Positions 40,912-52,100 of a DNA stretch of 56,913 nucleotides are shown here, piece after piece; within the stretch, counting starts at the first letter, position 1; the number at the start of each line of letters is the position of its first letter. The notes beneath the pieces were generated by a model. The model was given only the letters and a program-made list of their open reading frames with translations. It was not told the origin of the DNA and did no database searches. The stretch is from positions 1-56,913 of the forward strand of contig CAMODY010000001.1 in NCBI GenBank assembly GCA_946611595.1. Direction: 5' to 3'. The DNA is from an uncultured Clostridia bacterium. Lineage in GTDB: Bacteria; Bacillota; Clostridia; Lachnospirales; Lachnospiraceae. The position numbers were made by a program, and so were the translations under genes.

Positions 40912-43593
40912 TTATTCCGTTGACGTCTCATCAGTGTCTTCGCTTCCGGTATCCTCAGTTGGATCCGTTGACGTCTTGGCATCCTCTTCAGCTTTTCGCT
41001 TCGACTCTTCTTCTGCCCGGCTCTTCGACTCCCATTCCGCCGTATGGATCGTACACTTATCTTTTGGAGCTGCGTACTCACTATCGGCAGTCGTGCCTTT
41101 CGCCTCGCCTCCGGTTACATCCATCGGCCTTGTTCTGCATACAAGTGTGGTCGTCTTCGGGCAATACTCTGTCGGAAGTTTCTTAGACTCTTCACAGACT
41201 GTGCAGCTGGTATGTACATCACAGGAACCGCCCGGAACCGTTCCCTCTGCAAAGTATTCACTGATAACAGTAGAGCCGCCCGGATCTTTGTCGCAAAGAT
41301 CACCAACCGGAAGTTTACCGGACTTCTTGCAGATTGCAGCCTGTACGATACCGCCGGTCATCTCAAACTCGCCTCCGGTCTTGCCCATTGCCTCGCAGAC
41401 CTGATTCATGATCCTTGCCCACATATATTCGTGGTAGCTTCCGCCCATCTCGATACTTCTGTTCTCGTCGTATCCTGTCCAGATGGAAGCTGCAAGGCCG
41501 TTCGGTACATAACCACAGAACCAAAGATCCTTGTCGTCTGTTGTCGTACCGGTCTTACCTGCTGCCGGAGTTCCGGTATCCCAAAGCTGGCAGGCTGTAC
41601 CTGTACCGCTGTTAACAACATCCTGCATTGCGCTGGTAAGAAGGCTGGCTGTGCTCTCTTTAATAACTGTATGTGTTTCAGGCGTATTATCTAAAACAAC
41701 GGTTCCGTCCATTGCTACGATCTTCGTATAAAGGACCGGTTCTAAATAATTACCTTTGTTAGCAATTGTTCCGAATGCGGCTGTGATCTCAAGGTTTGTA
41801 ATACCATTTGTGATACCACCAAGAGCCGTTGCCACATGCTCATCGTTCTGCGGATCGATCGTTGAGAAACCAAAACTCTGCAGATACTGAATTCCTAAGT
41901 AAGGCCCAATATCATAAAGTGTCTTAACCGCAAGAACGTTCATAGAATCACGGATACCATCGCGGACTGTACTAAGGCCTCTGTAGGAATCGCCCCACCA
42001 GTTATGAACGTCACGGTTAATATTACCGCCATAATGGAACGGAGAGTCATCGATTGCCGTACCTAAAGTATAGCCTGCAGCATCTATAGCCGGAGCATAT
42101 GCAGAAAGTACCTTGAAGCAGGATCCCGGCTGTCTTGTTGTATCCTTCGCTCTGTTAAGAGTTAAGTTCTGGGTTTTTTCTCCACGGCCGCCGCAAAGAG
42201 CAAGGACCTGTCCGGTCGTGTAATCCATGACAGTAAAGGAGACCTGAGGCTGGATCGTATAAACCGTATTTTCATAGCTGATCACATCGCCTTCTTTAAT
42301 ATAGTAATCCTTAAACTGCTGGATTGCTGCATCGGCATCTTCCGTGCTGTAGTAATCGTGTTTGTATTCGTTTCTATCTGTCTGGTTGTTATAGAAGTTG
42401 AATTCTCCTAAAACATCCTCTTTATAGCGGGTAATATCTCTTTGATTCAGATATTCGGTCGTTCCATCCGGATGCTCAACCGTAAGATCCCAACTGATCG
42501 CATAAGTGCTGTCTCCCGGATAGTTATCCCAGTTGTTAACCTCTCTGTCTACAATCTCCTGAACGGTTGGATTCTGTGTTGCATAAACAGTAAGACCACC
42601 TGTGTAGAGCATGTTGTATGCCTGTGCATAACTATAGCCGCCCTTTTCCTGAAGATCATCGATCAGGTCATCAACAAGGGAATCGACAAAGTAGGAGTAC
42701 AGGGAGTTGCCCTGGCTCTGTGCGTTATCACTGACACCTGCATAGACATCTTCCGCCCATGCCGCATCATATTCTTCCTGAGTGATGTGGCCGTTCTTCA
42801 GCATCCTGTCTAAGCATGCCTCCATTCTCTGGCGGTTCTTTTCAGGGAAGCGGGCCGGGTTATTTGCACTCGGGTTCTGTGTGATCGCAGCTATGACGGC
42901 ACACTGTGCAATATCAAGCTGGGAAACATCTTTATTGAAATAATACTTGGAAGCGATCTTAACACCATAGTTACCACCGCCTAAGTTGATAGTATTCAGG
43001 TAGTTGATCAGGATTTCTTCCTTACTCATCTCCTTTTCAAGACCTAAAGCTAAGATCTGCTCCTGAATTTTTCTTCGAAGAAGGGATCCTTTAGAACGCT
43101 CAAAACCACCGGTCTCAAAGACGTTGTTTTTGATCAGCTGCTGCGTAATGGTAGAAGCACCCTGACTGTCATGATCTTTAATGATGCTCCACACCGCTCT
43201 GGCAATACCCTTTAAATCGACACCGTTATGCTCATAGAAACGTTCGTCCTCAAGATCGATGAAAGCATATTTCAGCGCCTCAGGAATCTCATCTAAGGAA
43301 GCTTCGATTCTCTTTGCGCTGGCAGCGGAAAGCTGAACGATCTGATTGCCATTCGCATCCAGGATCGTCGTCGGATACATCGTAGGCACAACTGTAACTT
43401 CACTCAGAGAAGGAGTGGATTTTGCAATACCAACAACAACACCTAAACCTGTGCAAAGAACGATACAGATAATTGCAAGTATTGTAAGTAAAACGTAGCG
43501 GATAATCCTGACTACGATGCTCGTTTTTTTCTTTTTCTTCCCCGAATTGAGGTTTTTCTGTTTTGCCTGTACTTCTTCGGAATTAAATTTCAT
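40912..43593 (-). CDS. Class A penicillin-binding protein (GT51 transglycosylase plus transpeptidase) with acidic C-terminal tail
   Basis: 893 aa with an N-terminal TM, the GT51 motifs EDERFYEHNGVD and GASTITQQL, and the transpeptidase motifs SCFK and KTGTT. The C-terminal extension is Cys-rich then Glu/Asp/Thr-rich. Confidence 0.9.
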   Translation of the reverse strand: MKFNSEEVQAKQKNLNSGKKKKKTSIVVRIIRYVLLTILAIICIVLCTGLGVVVGIAKSTPSLSEVTVVPTMYPTTILDANGNQIVQLSAASAKRIEASLDEIPEALKYAFIDLEDERFYEHNGVDLKGIARAVWSIIKDHDSQGASTITQQLIKNNVFETGGFERSKGSLLRRKIQEQILALGLEKEMSKEEILINYLNTINLGGGNYGVKIASKYYFNKDVSQLDIAQCAVIAAITQNPSANNPARFPEKNRQRMEACLDRMLKNGHITQEEYDAAWAEDVYAGVSDNAQSQGNSLYSYFVDSLVDDLIDDLQEKGGYSYAQAYNMLYTGGLTVYATQNPTVQEIVDREVNNWDNYPGDSTYAISWDLTVEHPDGTTEYLNQRDITRYKEDVLGEFNFYNNQTDRNEYKHDYYSTEDADAAIQQFKDYYIKEGDVISYENTVYTIQPQVSFTVMDYTTGQVLALCGGRGEKTQNLTLNRAKDTTRQPGSCFKVLSAYAPAIDAAGYTLGTAIDDSPFHYGGNINRDVHNWWGDSYRGLSTVRDGIRDSMNVLAVKTLYDIGPYLGIQYLQSFGFSTIDPQNDEHVATALGGITNGITNLEITAAFGTIANKGNYLEPVLYTKIVAMDGTVVLDNTPETHTVIKESTASLLTSAMQDVVNSGTGTACQLWDTGTPAAGKTGTTTDDKDLWFCGYVPNGLAASIWTGYDENRSIEMGGSYHEYMWARIMNQVCEAMGKTGGEFEMTGGIVQAAICKKSGKLPVGDLCDKDPGGSTVISEYFAEGTVPGGSCDVHTSCTVCEESKKLPTEYCPKTTTLVCRTRPMDVTGGEAKGTTADSEYAAPKDKCTIHTAEWESKSRAEEESKRKAEEDAKTSTDPTEDTGSEDTDETSTE

Positions 43594-43641
43594 ATATTAA
43601 CCTCATAATAAGTGCTCATTTTCAGTGTATATAGATGGTAA

Positions 43642-43670
43642 ATTATACATCATATGCCCATTCTTGTCAA
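43642..43670 (-). promoter_or_regulatory. Consensus sigma-A promoter TTGACA-N17-TATAAT for the PBP gene
   Basis: The reverse complement of 43665-43670 is TTGACA and of 43642-43647 is TATAAT, with an exact 17-nt spacer. It lies about 50 nt upstream of the ATG at 43593. Confidence 0.65.
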
Positions 43671-43798
43671 AAAACGCTATGACGAAAAACGCCCTTAAAA
43701 CAGGCATTTTATTGTGAAAAACAGAAAAAAATGTTAAAATTTTTTGAACATTATGTTATCTGCTGATCAAGGCTAAAAAAGGAGATAAAATCCCCAAA

Positions 43799-44449
43799 AT
43801 GTGTGCTTATGTTGTTTCCGGTCAGTCGGAATCTAAAATCGAGGTCAAAAAATCGATTTTTATTGCGACAGTAAGAGAAGTTCATACCGAAGAAGAGGCG
43901 CTATCCTTCTTAGAAGAGATGAGGAAGGCTTATTGGGATGCAAAGCACAATTGCTATGCCTATATTATCGGGGAGCGCAGTGAGATCCGCCGTTTTTCCG
44001 ACGACAAAGAACCTCAGGGAACTGCCGGGAAGCCGATCTTAGAGGCAATCTCTGCCGGTGGTTTTCAAAATACTGCCGTCGTTGTGACCCGCTACTTTGG
44101 CGGCGTGCTCCTGGGAACAGGCGGACTCGTAAGAGCTTACAGCCAGGCCGCATCTTTAGGCCTTTCAGAATCGGCCCATTTTCCTGTAGAAAGAGGAAAA
44201 CTTATATCCGTAGGCTGCAGTTATTCGGATTCCGGAAAGATTCAGTACCTGATCAACACCGCAAATATTCCTTTGATGGATTCTGTCTATGCTGAAGATG
44301 TGCATTTTACTTTAGCAGTCGCTGAATCCCTGGTCGACGGAACAGTGAAAAAAATAACAGAAGCCGCAAATGGTGCAGCTTCTGTTCAAATCTTAGAAGA
44401 TATTCATTTTATTCAGGACGGCTCATCGGCCAGACTCTATCAGTTCTGA
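43799..44449 (+). CDS. yigZ: YigZ / IMPACT-family protein (UPF0029)
   Basis: 216 aa with EVKKSIFIATV ... KHNCYAYIIG ... FSDDKEPQGTAGKPIL ... VVVTRYFGGVLLGTGGLVRAY. Confidence 0.85.
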   Translation: MCAYVVSGQSESKIEVKKSIFIATVREVHTEEEALSFLEEMRKAYWDAKHNCYAYIIGERSEIRRFSDDKEPQGTAGKPILEAISAGGFQNTAVVVTRYFGGVLLGTGGLVRAYSQAASLGLSESAHFPVERGKLISVGCSYSDSGKIQYLINTANIPLMDSVYAEDVHFTLAVAESLVDGTVKKITEAANGAASVQILEDIHFIQDGSSARLYQF

Positions 44450-44452
44450 TCT

Positions 44453-47110
44453 TCAGCCTTTCATTTTTTCGATCTGCGTGAGCACTTTTTCAAGCTGTGC
44501 AGCATATTTTTCACGCTTTTCTTTCTCCTGATTAATCTTTGCTTCCGGTGCCTTGCTTACAAAGTTCGGATTATTCAGCATTCCGTCGGAACGTTTCAGT
44601 TCCCCTTCAAGACGCTTCTTCTCTGTTTCCAGTCTTGCGATTTCTTTTTCTTTATCAACAAGCTCTTCAAGCGGGATATAAACAGCCACATCTGCAAGCT
44701 GTACGCTGACAGCATCATCTCCGATACCGTTCATATCACCCTGAACATATACTTCCGCTGCCTTACCAAGGGAAGCAAAGAAAATCTTACCGTTTTCAAA
44801 GATATCCCGTACATGCTCTTTTTCGCTTACCACATAAACCGGAACTTTTCTTCCAAGCGGCACATTCATGTCGGATCTTACCGTACGGATTCCGCGAACC
44901 GCTTCCTTGATCATCTCAGTTGCTTCTTCACAGTCTGCAAAGTCCATTGCCTCTGTATATTCCGGCCATGCAGAGATCATGATCGACTCTTCCGGTGCTT
45001 CAAAAAGAACATAAGGTCTTAATGTTGTGTAGATCTCTTCTGTTACAAACGGCATATATGGATGCAGAAGCTTAAGGGAGATCATCAGGACCTTCTGCAG
45101 AGTATAAAGCGCTGCCTCTTTAGAGTCATTCTCCCCGTAAAGACGCGGCTTAACCATCTCAATATACCAGTCGCAGAACTCCTCCCAAATGAACTCATAC
45201 AGTTTATCTGCTGCAATACCAATCTCATATTTATCAAGATTCTCTGTAACTTCTTTTGCAAGACGGTTTGCCTTTGAAAGGATCCATTTGTCTGCATCCT
45301 GAAGTTTGTCAGTCGGGCATGCTTCTTTAAGGCCATCTTCCGGCATATTCATCATGATGAAACGGGAAGCGTTCCAGATCTTATTAGCAAAGTTACGGCT
45401 CGCCTGTACTCTCTCATAATAGAAACGCATATCATTTCCAGGAGAGTTTCCGGTTGCCAAAGTAAATCGGAGTGCATCTGCGCCGTACTGGTCGATAACT
45501 TCGAGAGGGTCAATACCATTTCCTAAGGACTTACTCATTTTCCTTCCCTGATCGTCCCTTACAAGACCAGTGAAAAGCACGGAGTCAAACGGACGATCGC
45601 CCATTTGCTCATAACCGGAGAAGATCATTCGGATGACCCAGAAGAAGATGATATCATAACCGGTGATCAAAAGATTTGTCGGATAGAAATACTCAAGCTC
45701 CTTGGTCTTTTCCGGCCAGCCAAGTGTTGAAAATGGCCAGAGTGCAGAAGAAAACCAGGTGTCTAAGCAGTCTTCATCCTGCTTAAAACTTGTGCAGCCG
45801 CAATCCGGACACTTATCCGGCATTGCCTTCGCAACAACCATCTTTCCGCATTCATTGCAGTAATAAGCCGGAATACGGTGTCCCCACCAAAGCTGTCTGG
45901 AAATACACCAGTCACGAATATTATCCGTCCAGTTATGATACAGCTTGCTCATACGCGGAGGGATCAGTTTTACTTCGCCCTCGTCAACTGCTTTAATAGC
46001 CGGTTTGATCATCTCATCCATTTTTACGAACCACTGCTCTTTTACCATAGGCTCAATAACAGTAGAACAACGGTCATGATAACCGACTGCATGCTCATGA
46101 TCTAAAACTTTAACAAGGAGACCAAGCTCTTCCAGATCTTTTACAACAGCCTCTCTTGCCTCATAAGTTCCCATGCCGGCATATTTACCGCCGTTTTCAT
46201 TGATAGATCCGTCATCATTAAATACGCAGATCTCTTCAAGCCCATGCTTTCTTCCGAGCTCGAAGTCGTTCGGGTCGTGTGCCGGAGTTACTTTCATCGC
46301 ACCGGTTCCAACCTCCAGATCGATATACTCATCTGCAATGATCGGAATTTCTCTATCCATCAGAGGAAGGATGCAGGTCTTTCCGATATACTTCTGATAT
46401 CTCGGATCATCCGGATGAACAACGACCGCTGTATCGCCAAGCATGGTCTCCGGACGCGTTGTTGCAATTTCAATAAAATCATCCTCACCCTTGATCGGAT
46501 AATTGATATGCCAGAAATGTCCGGCAGTATCTTTATGCTCTACTTCCGCATCACTGACAGAAGTCTGGCATTTCGGACACCAGTTGATGATCTTGGTGCC
46601 TTTATAGATCCAGCCTTTTTCATAAAGCTTTACAAAAACTTCAAGGACAGCATCCGATACGCCTTCATCCATCGTAAAGCGCTCTCTGTCCCAGTCAGCG
46701 GAGCTGCCAAGCTTTTTAAGCTGATTTACGATACGTCCGCCGTATTCTTCTTTCCATTCCCAGGCGCGCTTTAAGAAGCCTTCTCTTCCAAGGTCTTCTT
46801 TATGAAGGCCTTGTTTTTTCAGTTCCTCAATGATCTTTACTTCCGTTGCAATTGATGCGTGGTCGCAGCCAGGCTGCCAAAGGGCATTATAGCCCTGCAT
46901 TCTTTTCTGACGGATCACAACGTCCTGAAGTGTGTTATTCAGCGCATGCCCCATATGAAGCTGTCCGGTGATGTTCGGAGGCGGCATGATGATCGTGAAT
47001 GGCTTTTTGCTTTCATCCACTTCAGCATGAAAATACTTCTTTTCGATCCAATTGTCATAGATTCTCTGCTCAATTGCTTTCGGGTCGTAGGTTTTAGCTA
47101 GTTCTTTCAT
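44453..47110 (-). CDS. valS: Valine--tRNA ligase
   Basis: 885 aa with PPPNITGQLHMGHAL (HIGH), KMSKSLGN (KMSKS) and a C-terminal coiled-coil. Its stop lies 3 nt from the convergent yigZ stop. Confidence 0.95.
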   Translation of the reverse strand: MKELAKTYDPKAIEQRIYDNWIEKKYFHAEVDESKKPFTIIMPPPNITGQLHMGHALNNTLQDVVIRQKRMQGYNALWQPGCDHASIATEVKIIEELKKQGLHKEDLGREGFLKRAWEWKEEYGGRIVNQLKKLGSSADWDRERFTMDEGVSDAVLEVFVKLYEKGWIYKGTKIINWCPKCQTSVSDAEVEHKDTAGHFWHINYPIKGEDDFIEIATTRPETMLGDTAVVVHPDDPRYQKYIGKTCILPLMDREIPIIADEYIDLEVGTGAMKVTPAHDPNDFELGRKHGLEEICVFNDDGSINENGGKYAGMGTYEAREAVVKDLEELGLLVKVLDHEHAVGYHDRCSTVIEPMVKEQWFVKMDEMIKPAIKAVDEGEVKLIPPRMSKLYHNWTDNIRDWCISRQLWWGHRIPAYYCNECGKMVVAKAMPDKCPDCGCTSFKQDEDCLDTWFSSALWPFSTLGWPEKTKELEYFYPTNLLITGYDIIFFWVIRMIFSGYEQMGDRPFDSVLFTGLVRDDQGRKMSKSLGNGIDPLEVIDQYGADALRFTLATGNSPGNDMRFYYERVQASRNFANKIWNASRFIMMNMPEDGLKEACPTDKLQDADKWILSKANRLAKEVTENLDKYEIGIAADKLYEFIWEEFCDWYIEMVKPRLYGENDSKEAALYTLQKVLMISLKLLHPYMPFVTEEIYTTLRPYVLFEAPEESIMISAWPEYTEAMDFADCEEATEMIKEAVRGIRTVRSDMNVPLGRKVPVYVVSEKEHVRDIFENGKIFFASLGKAAEVYVQGDMNGIGDDAVSVQLADVAVYIPLEELVDKEKEIARLETEKKRLEGELKRSDGMLNNPNFVSKAPEAKINQEKEKREKYAAQLEKVLTQIEKMKG

Positions 47111-47897
47111 AATACTCTTCTTTCCAGTTATCTATTATAGTCTGGCGGTTAATGCCATTTTCAAAATCATATATAAAGTTGACCGTTTCGTCACTAGTCT
47201 CGATCTCTCTTTTAAGCGCACCAACGCGGGCTCTGATCGTCTCTAAGGTCTCATCTGAAATATTATACTTGATGATCGTATTTAAAAGTTCTTCTTCATC
47301 GTTATTTACAAGTGCCATATAAACACAAGCTCTTGCATAGAGCGGATCCGGATACAGATCATAGGCATAGCCGAAAAAGCTGTTGGCGTTACGGCTCATA
47401 AAAAGCCGTGCATAGATCACACCGATCGAATAAGCTACCTTTGCATAGAAGGCTTCGCTTAAGGCTTCTTTTTCCATTCCGGAAAGAATTTCAAAATAAA
47501 CTCTTAAAGCCGATTCCAGTTTTCCCATTTTATAGTAGCCATCCGCTTCGATCCGAAGTCGTTCTGCTTCCGACATAATGTCAATGTTCATGACATAAGC
47601 TGCAACAACACTCAGCTCACTGCCGGAATAATAATGACTTTCTTTCAGAAGGTAGCGGATAAAATCTTTAAGATCCGCATTCTGCATCGACAGCCTTCTA
47701 AGTTCCTCTGCAATATCTTCCCTTCCAAGTTCCTTTTCAATATAGTCAAAAAGTTCATCGCAGAAAAACTCCCGATAAACCAGGTTAATATGATTGAAGA
47801 TAAAGAAATTGATCTCTTCCAGAGAATAGACATTTGTCTTTATCGCCTCAATATAATATGGAGTTTGTGACTGTCTTCCACAGACCTGAATTGCCAT
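47094..47897 (-). CDS. Hypothetical all-helical, TPR-like protein (267 aa)
   Basis: ATG with SD AAGGA. Helical-hairpin-like segments (YYKMGKLESALRVYFEIL, AKVAYSIGVIYARLFMSRNANSFFGYAYDLYPD, LYARACVYMALV) suggest TPR-type repeats. There is no TM or signal peptide. The 3' end overlaps the valS start by 17 nt. Confidence 0.6.
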   Translation of the reverse strand: MAIQVCGRQSQTPYYIEAIKTNVYSLEEINFFIFNHINLVYREFFCDELFDYIEKELGREDIAEELRRLSMQNADLKDFIRYLLKESHYYSGSELSVVAAYVMNIDIMSEAERLRIEADGYYKMGKLESALRVYFEILSGMEKEALSEAFYAKVAYSIGVIYARLFMSRNANSFFGYAYDLYPDPLYARACVYMALVNNDEEELLNTIIKYNISDETLETIRARVGALKREIETSDETVNFIYDFENGINRQTIIDNWKEEYYERTS

Positions 47898-47900
47898 TGT

Positions 47901-49181
47901 TTATCCTTCTAACTCGCTTGTTAAATCCACCTGCTTTGAAACTTCAAATCCACTTGACGGGAACAGATCTCCAAAGCCTTTATCCCGAACGCATACTTCA
48001 AAGCAGTATTCATTCATATATTGAAGTTCGATCTCAATCCGAGTCGCCTTATGCGGTCTTCTCGGAATCTGGGAAATATCGATATCAAAACTGGTTCTTT
48101 TGTTCTCGATCAGAGAAGTTACATAAAAACGGATCACATCCGGCTCACTTACGATAAAATCCATCCGCATTCCTGCATCGAACCAGTCCTTAGGCGCCCT
48201 GCTTAGATTAAGAAGGAGCGTTTCATCTTTATGTTTTGCCTCCACCGAGATCGTATGTTTTGTCCTTCCGGCACACACGATATTATAATCCTCTCCCGGA
48301 TGCTGGATCCTTAAAAGCCCGGAAAGGCACGCACCTTTTGCATATAAGTTGTTTCCTTTAAACGCTCTGTTCGTTTCAGAAACCTTGCGGAGTGTTTTTC
48401 CAAACCAAAGATTTGAAAATCCTTCTCCCGTGAAAAAGACGCTGGAGATCCGGCTCTCTGCAGTGATCTCTTCATAAAGCGCAGTAAGCTTTTGATCCAT
48501 CTGCTCCATCAGCACGCCGTTTCCCATATCTGCCATGGAAAAATCAGCCGTATGCATCCGTTCACTGATGTAGACCAGATAATCCTGTCCGCTTCTTGTG
48601 ACTGTCAGAACTTTCTCATAAAAGCCATCCGGCGTAAAGTCAAACAAAACCGAGCCCTTATTCCAGATGGACGGATCCTCGTTCAACAAATAATATGCAA
48701 AACTTTCCGCACAGGTCTGAAGTTTCACTTTTTCAAGCGGAAGCTTTAAGATCCTGAACACGTCATTGATCGTCTGCTTGATCTCAAGCGTTACTCTTCT
48801 TAAGTTAATTGTAATATTTTCCACGCCCATAACAGATGTGGCCATCTGCGTAAGCTCAATAATCTTACCAAAGAAAACAGCTAAAAGCTGTGTGTAGGAA
48901 TAATCCTGTCCGTTGATCGTACACACTCCGCCCAGAAAAACATTTTCAAGAAAATCTTTATACAAACGCTCTCCTGTTTTTTCTGCATACTCAACTGCTG
49001 GCTGTCCGATGATCCAGTCCTTGGTCTCATGATTATAGCAAAGAGCCGTCGGGATCAGATATCGCATCGTCTCACCGCCATAGGAAATCGACTCCGGACG
49101 CTCATGGCGGTTGGAGTAATAGCTTGCCTGACAATATTTACCTGCATAATCGATCCCTATGATCAGTCCGCGTTTATCCAT
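47901..49181 (-). CDS. Hypothetical Hsp70/actin-fold-like protein with degenerate nucleotide-binding loops and a beta-rich C-domain (426 aa)
   Basis: LIIGIDYAGKYCQ, VLFDFTPDGFY, VFFTGEGFSNLW and NLYAKGACLSG are collinear with the Hsp70 phosphate-1, phosphate-2, adenosine and hinge motifs. The C-terminal RIEIELQYMNEYCFEVCVRDKGFG resembles the DnaK SBD strand pattern. Confidence 0.55.
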   Translation of the reverse strand: MDKRGLIIGIDYAGKYCQASYYSNRHERPESISYGGETMRYLIPTALCYNHETKDWIIGQPAVEYAEKTGERLYKDFLENVFLGGVCTINGQDYSYTQLLAVFFGKIIELTQMATSVMGVENITINLRRVTLEIKQTINDVFRILKLPLEKVKLQTCAESFAYYLLNEDPSIWNKGSVLFDFTPDGFYEKVLTVTRSGQDYLVYISERMHTADFSMADMGNGVLMEQMDQKLTALYEEITAESRISSVFFTGEGFSNLWFGKTLRKVSETNRAFKGNNLYAKGACLSGLLRIQHPGEDYNIVCAGRTKHTISVEAKHKDETLLLNLSRAPKDWFDAGMRMDFIVSEPDVIRFYVTSLIENKRTSFDIDISQIPRRPHKATRIEIELQYMNEYCFEVCVRDKGFGDLFPSSGFEVSKQVDLTSELEG

Positions 49182-49183
49182 GA

Positions 49184-52100
49184 TTAAAATAATCTTTCCA
49201 TCAATTTATCTTTTACGAAATACTCTTTGGCCGCAAGGTTTAAAGCGAGCATATTTCCGGTCTCTTTCATCTGAATAATATTGTTCAATTCTGAATATCT
49301 GGAATCATCCTCTTTGATGTCCAGATCAGCATAAGAGACGCTCACCGGTTCTTCGCCATTTACTGAGTATTCCACACGTTCCCCGTAGAACAAGGTGATA
49401 TATTTTGCATAACAGCCTTCAAAGATCTCTGCCATCTGTTCTTCTTTATGGATCGTCTTTTCCCCTGAGATGATGTCATAAACGATCCTTCCGGCATTAC
49501 CAAAACAAGAAGCAATCACCGCATTGGAAAGAGCTGCAGGCAGGCTGAAATATTTGCCATAGCCTTTAAACTCTTCGAGCATGATGCTGCGGCCGACAAG
49601 GCCTTTCAACTGTACTTCAATCATCCTCGTTCTGCGTTTTCCGGAGATATCTTTATCTGACATATATTTAAGATATGCTACGAGAACAGCTGTCGGGAAG
49701 TTTTCCCTTTGCATGAGGTCGTTCTCAATGTAACGGAAAAAGTCGGTATCCTTTTCTTCTCCCTGATACAAATACCTTTCCGCTTTATATGTCATATATG
49801 TTTTTTTCAGGTCGGCATCAGTGCCTTCTGTATAATACTTTGCAAAGATCTGCGGGATCAGATCGGAGTTTTCTCCGCTTTCAATCGCCCTTCTTAAGAT
49901 CCTCTCCGGAAGGTTTCCGAAGTCTTCGCCGTATGCTCTTCCGGCACGATACAGTTCTTCTAAGACTTCCGGCTTATCGTTATAGTTCTGCACCATGTAT
50001 TTATAAATACGCGGGTCAAAGGTCGTCTTTAAAAAGCTCTGCTCACACATGCTTAAAAGAAGCGCATCGTCACGATAATTAACCAGCTCGACCAGAGCGG
50101 AAGAAAGTCTTGCAACACTTTGCTCTGAAACATGTGCAAATCCTTCCTCGCGGATCTTTTCATACGCATCCCTGAAAAGTGTCCGCTCGATCATAACTTC
50201 TATCAGTTTGCCTTTTGTTTCCGGCTCCAGATCATATTTGAAGAATGCCAGAAGTTCATCATATACATTGCGGTCTCTTAAATTCCGTGAGAAATAAAGG
50301 ACCGTATCATTGATCAGCTTTTTTACATAACCGTTTCTGAAAGAAGCTGTGCTCATCCGGTTTGTCATGTAATTTAAGATCTCCGCCGGATCTTTATAGC
50401 CTCTAAGGAGCGGCATAGTATCGCTCATCAGCATATAATCGCTGATCGGAACGCCTTTTACACAGATATCAATATATTCGCCGCTGCTTAAGAATTCCTT
50501 CTTTTCATAATCGATGTTGGCATAGATATTGCCTGTGATATCTTTAAATAAGATTTCCGCATTATGCGAATAAACTTTAACTCTGGCCTTTCCTTTATTC
50601 AAAGGAATATCCTGATAAACATTCAGTTCATCATGGAAGACCATGACATTTCGCATCCTGTCGTTATGACAGCAGATCTCTTTCGTCGCAATGATCTCAA
50701 AGAGACGCACACGCATATTGTGAGTCAGTTTATCGGACGCAATGATATCTTTATAAATAACTGCAAGATCCTGATCCACGATTCCCTGTGACATCTGCTG
50801 ATCTGCATACTCAATTATTTTTTGTTCATAAGCCCTGTAATACTCGGGGCGTTTTTCTTTATTCGTAACAATGTTCGCATAGAAATACCGGCGGTAATCT
50901 AAGAGGCTTTCCGCACCTGAAGAAAAATACTCCATGATCCTTGCAGGAAGCGGTTCGTAGACGGATTCAGGTCTTGTAAAAATATAGTAACTGAAGATAC
51001 CCGGAATATCGTCTAAATATTCACGGACCGCAATGTCATAATAAGAGCCGGCCTCTTCGCTTCTGTCATCTTTTACGATCAAAAGTCTTGCGATCACCCG
51101 AAGAAGATCTCTGGTCGGATAGCGTTCATATAAATACTTCAATACCTTTTCTGCAAGCGCGAGGTTTTTCTCTGAAAGCTCTGCCTCTGTCAGCATCATA
51201 AAGACCTGTGTCACTCTTGCGCTGAGTGCAGAAGAAGAATAATCAAGTTTTCTGGCAAAGTTTAAAATCTGAAGTTCAAAATCACTTGCATCGGAGAAGT
51301 ATCCCGGATACTGCATGAAAATTTCAAGAGCCTCAAAATAAAGGATCGGACTTGTTGAACCTCCGCCAAACTCTGCAAAAATATCGTCTAATTTTAAGCC
51401 CGGATTCTCTTCGTAATTAGAATCCATCTGGAAAAGGATCCACAGAAGCTGCCAGCTTGGCTGTCTTTCATAAATCGTACGGATCCTTCCTTTGATCTCT
51501 TCAGAAGATTTCCGGTCTCTTTCATAAATTGCGCGGACATACAGAAAATAGCAATTAAGAGCGAGGTCTGATCGCTGCAGTTTCTGTATCACTTCCGCCA
51601 TATATTCAAGGAGACTTGCAGCCTCCACATAACTCTCGATCTCAATATAAAGCTGAGCTTTATAAAGCATTAAGAACATGGACATACGGTCAATGCCGTC
51701 AATCTCTCCGATCAGGGCAAGAGATTGTTTTGCCCAGTCAGACGAATCCATCAGTCCTTTGCGAAAATCAAAATAAACTTTCGCAAGGTCCATATAAAGC
51801 TGCTTTGGATTATAGTCATCCAGCATGACACGTACCGGAACATCAATGGTTACCGGAACTTTAATCTGCTGGGATGCGGTTTCAAAAGTGATGCAGGAAT
51901 AATTTCTTCCTCCATGAAGTTTGCTTTCGGTGATCGTGATCGGAAGATCAAAGGAGCCTCCCGGGAAAACATCACTCGTGATCACGCGCCTTGAAAGCGT
52001 TATAAAATCATCCGGGCAAAAGGCCTCAATCTCCATGTAGCCATTTTGCGTAATGACCAGATGAAGCACGGTCTCTGTATCGCCCGGAAGGCCGGAAAAC

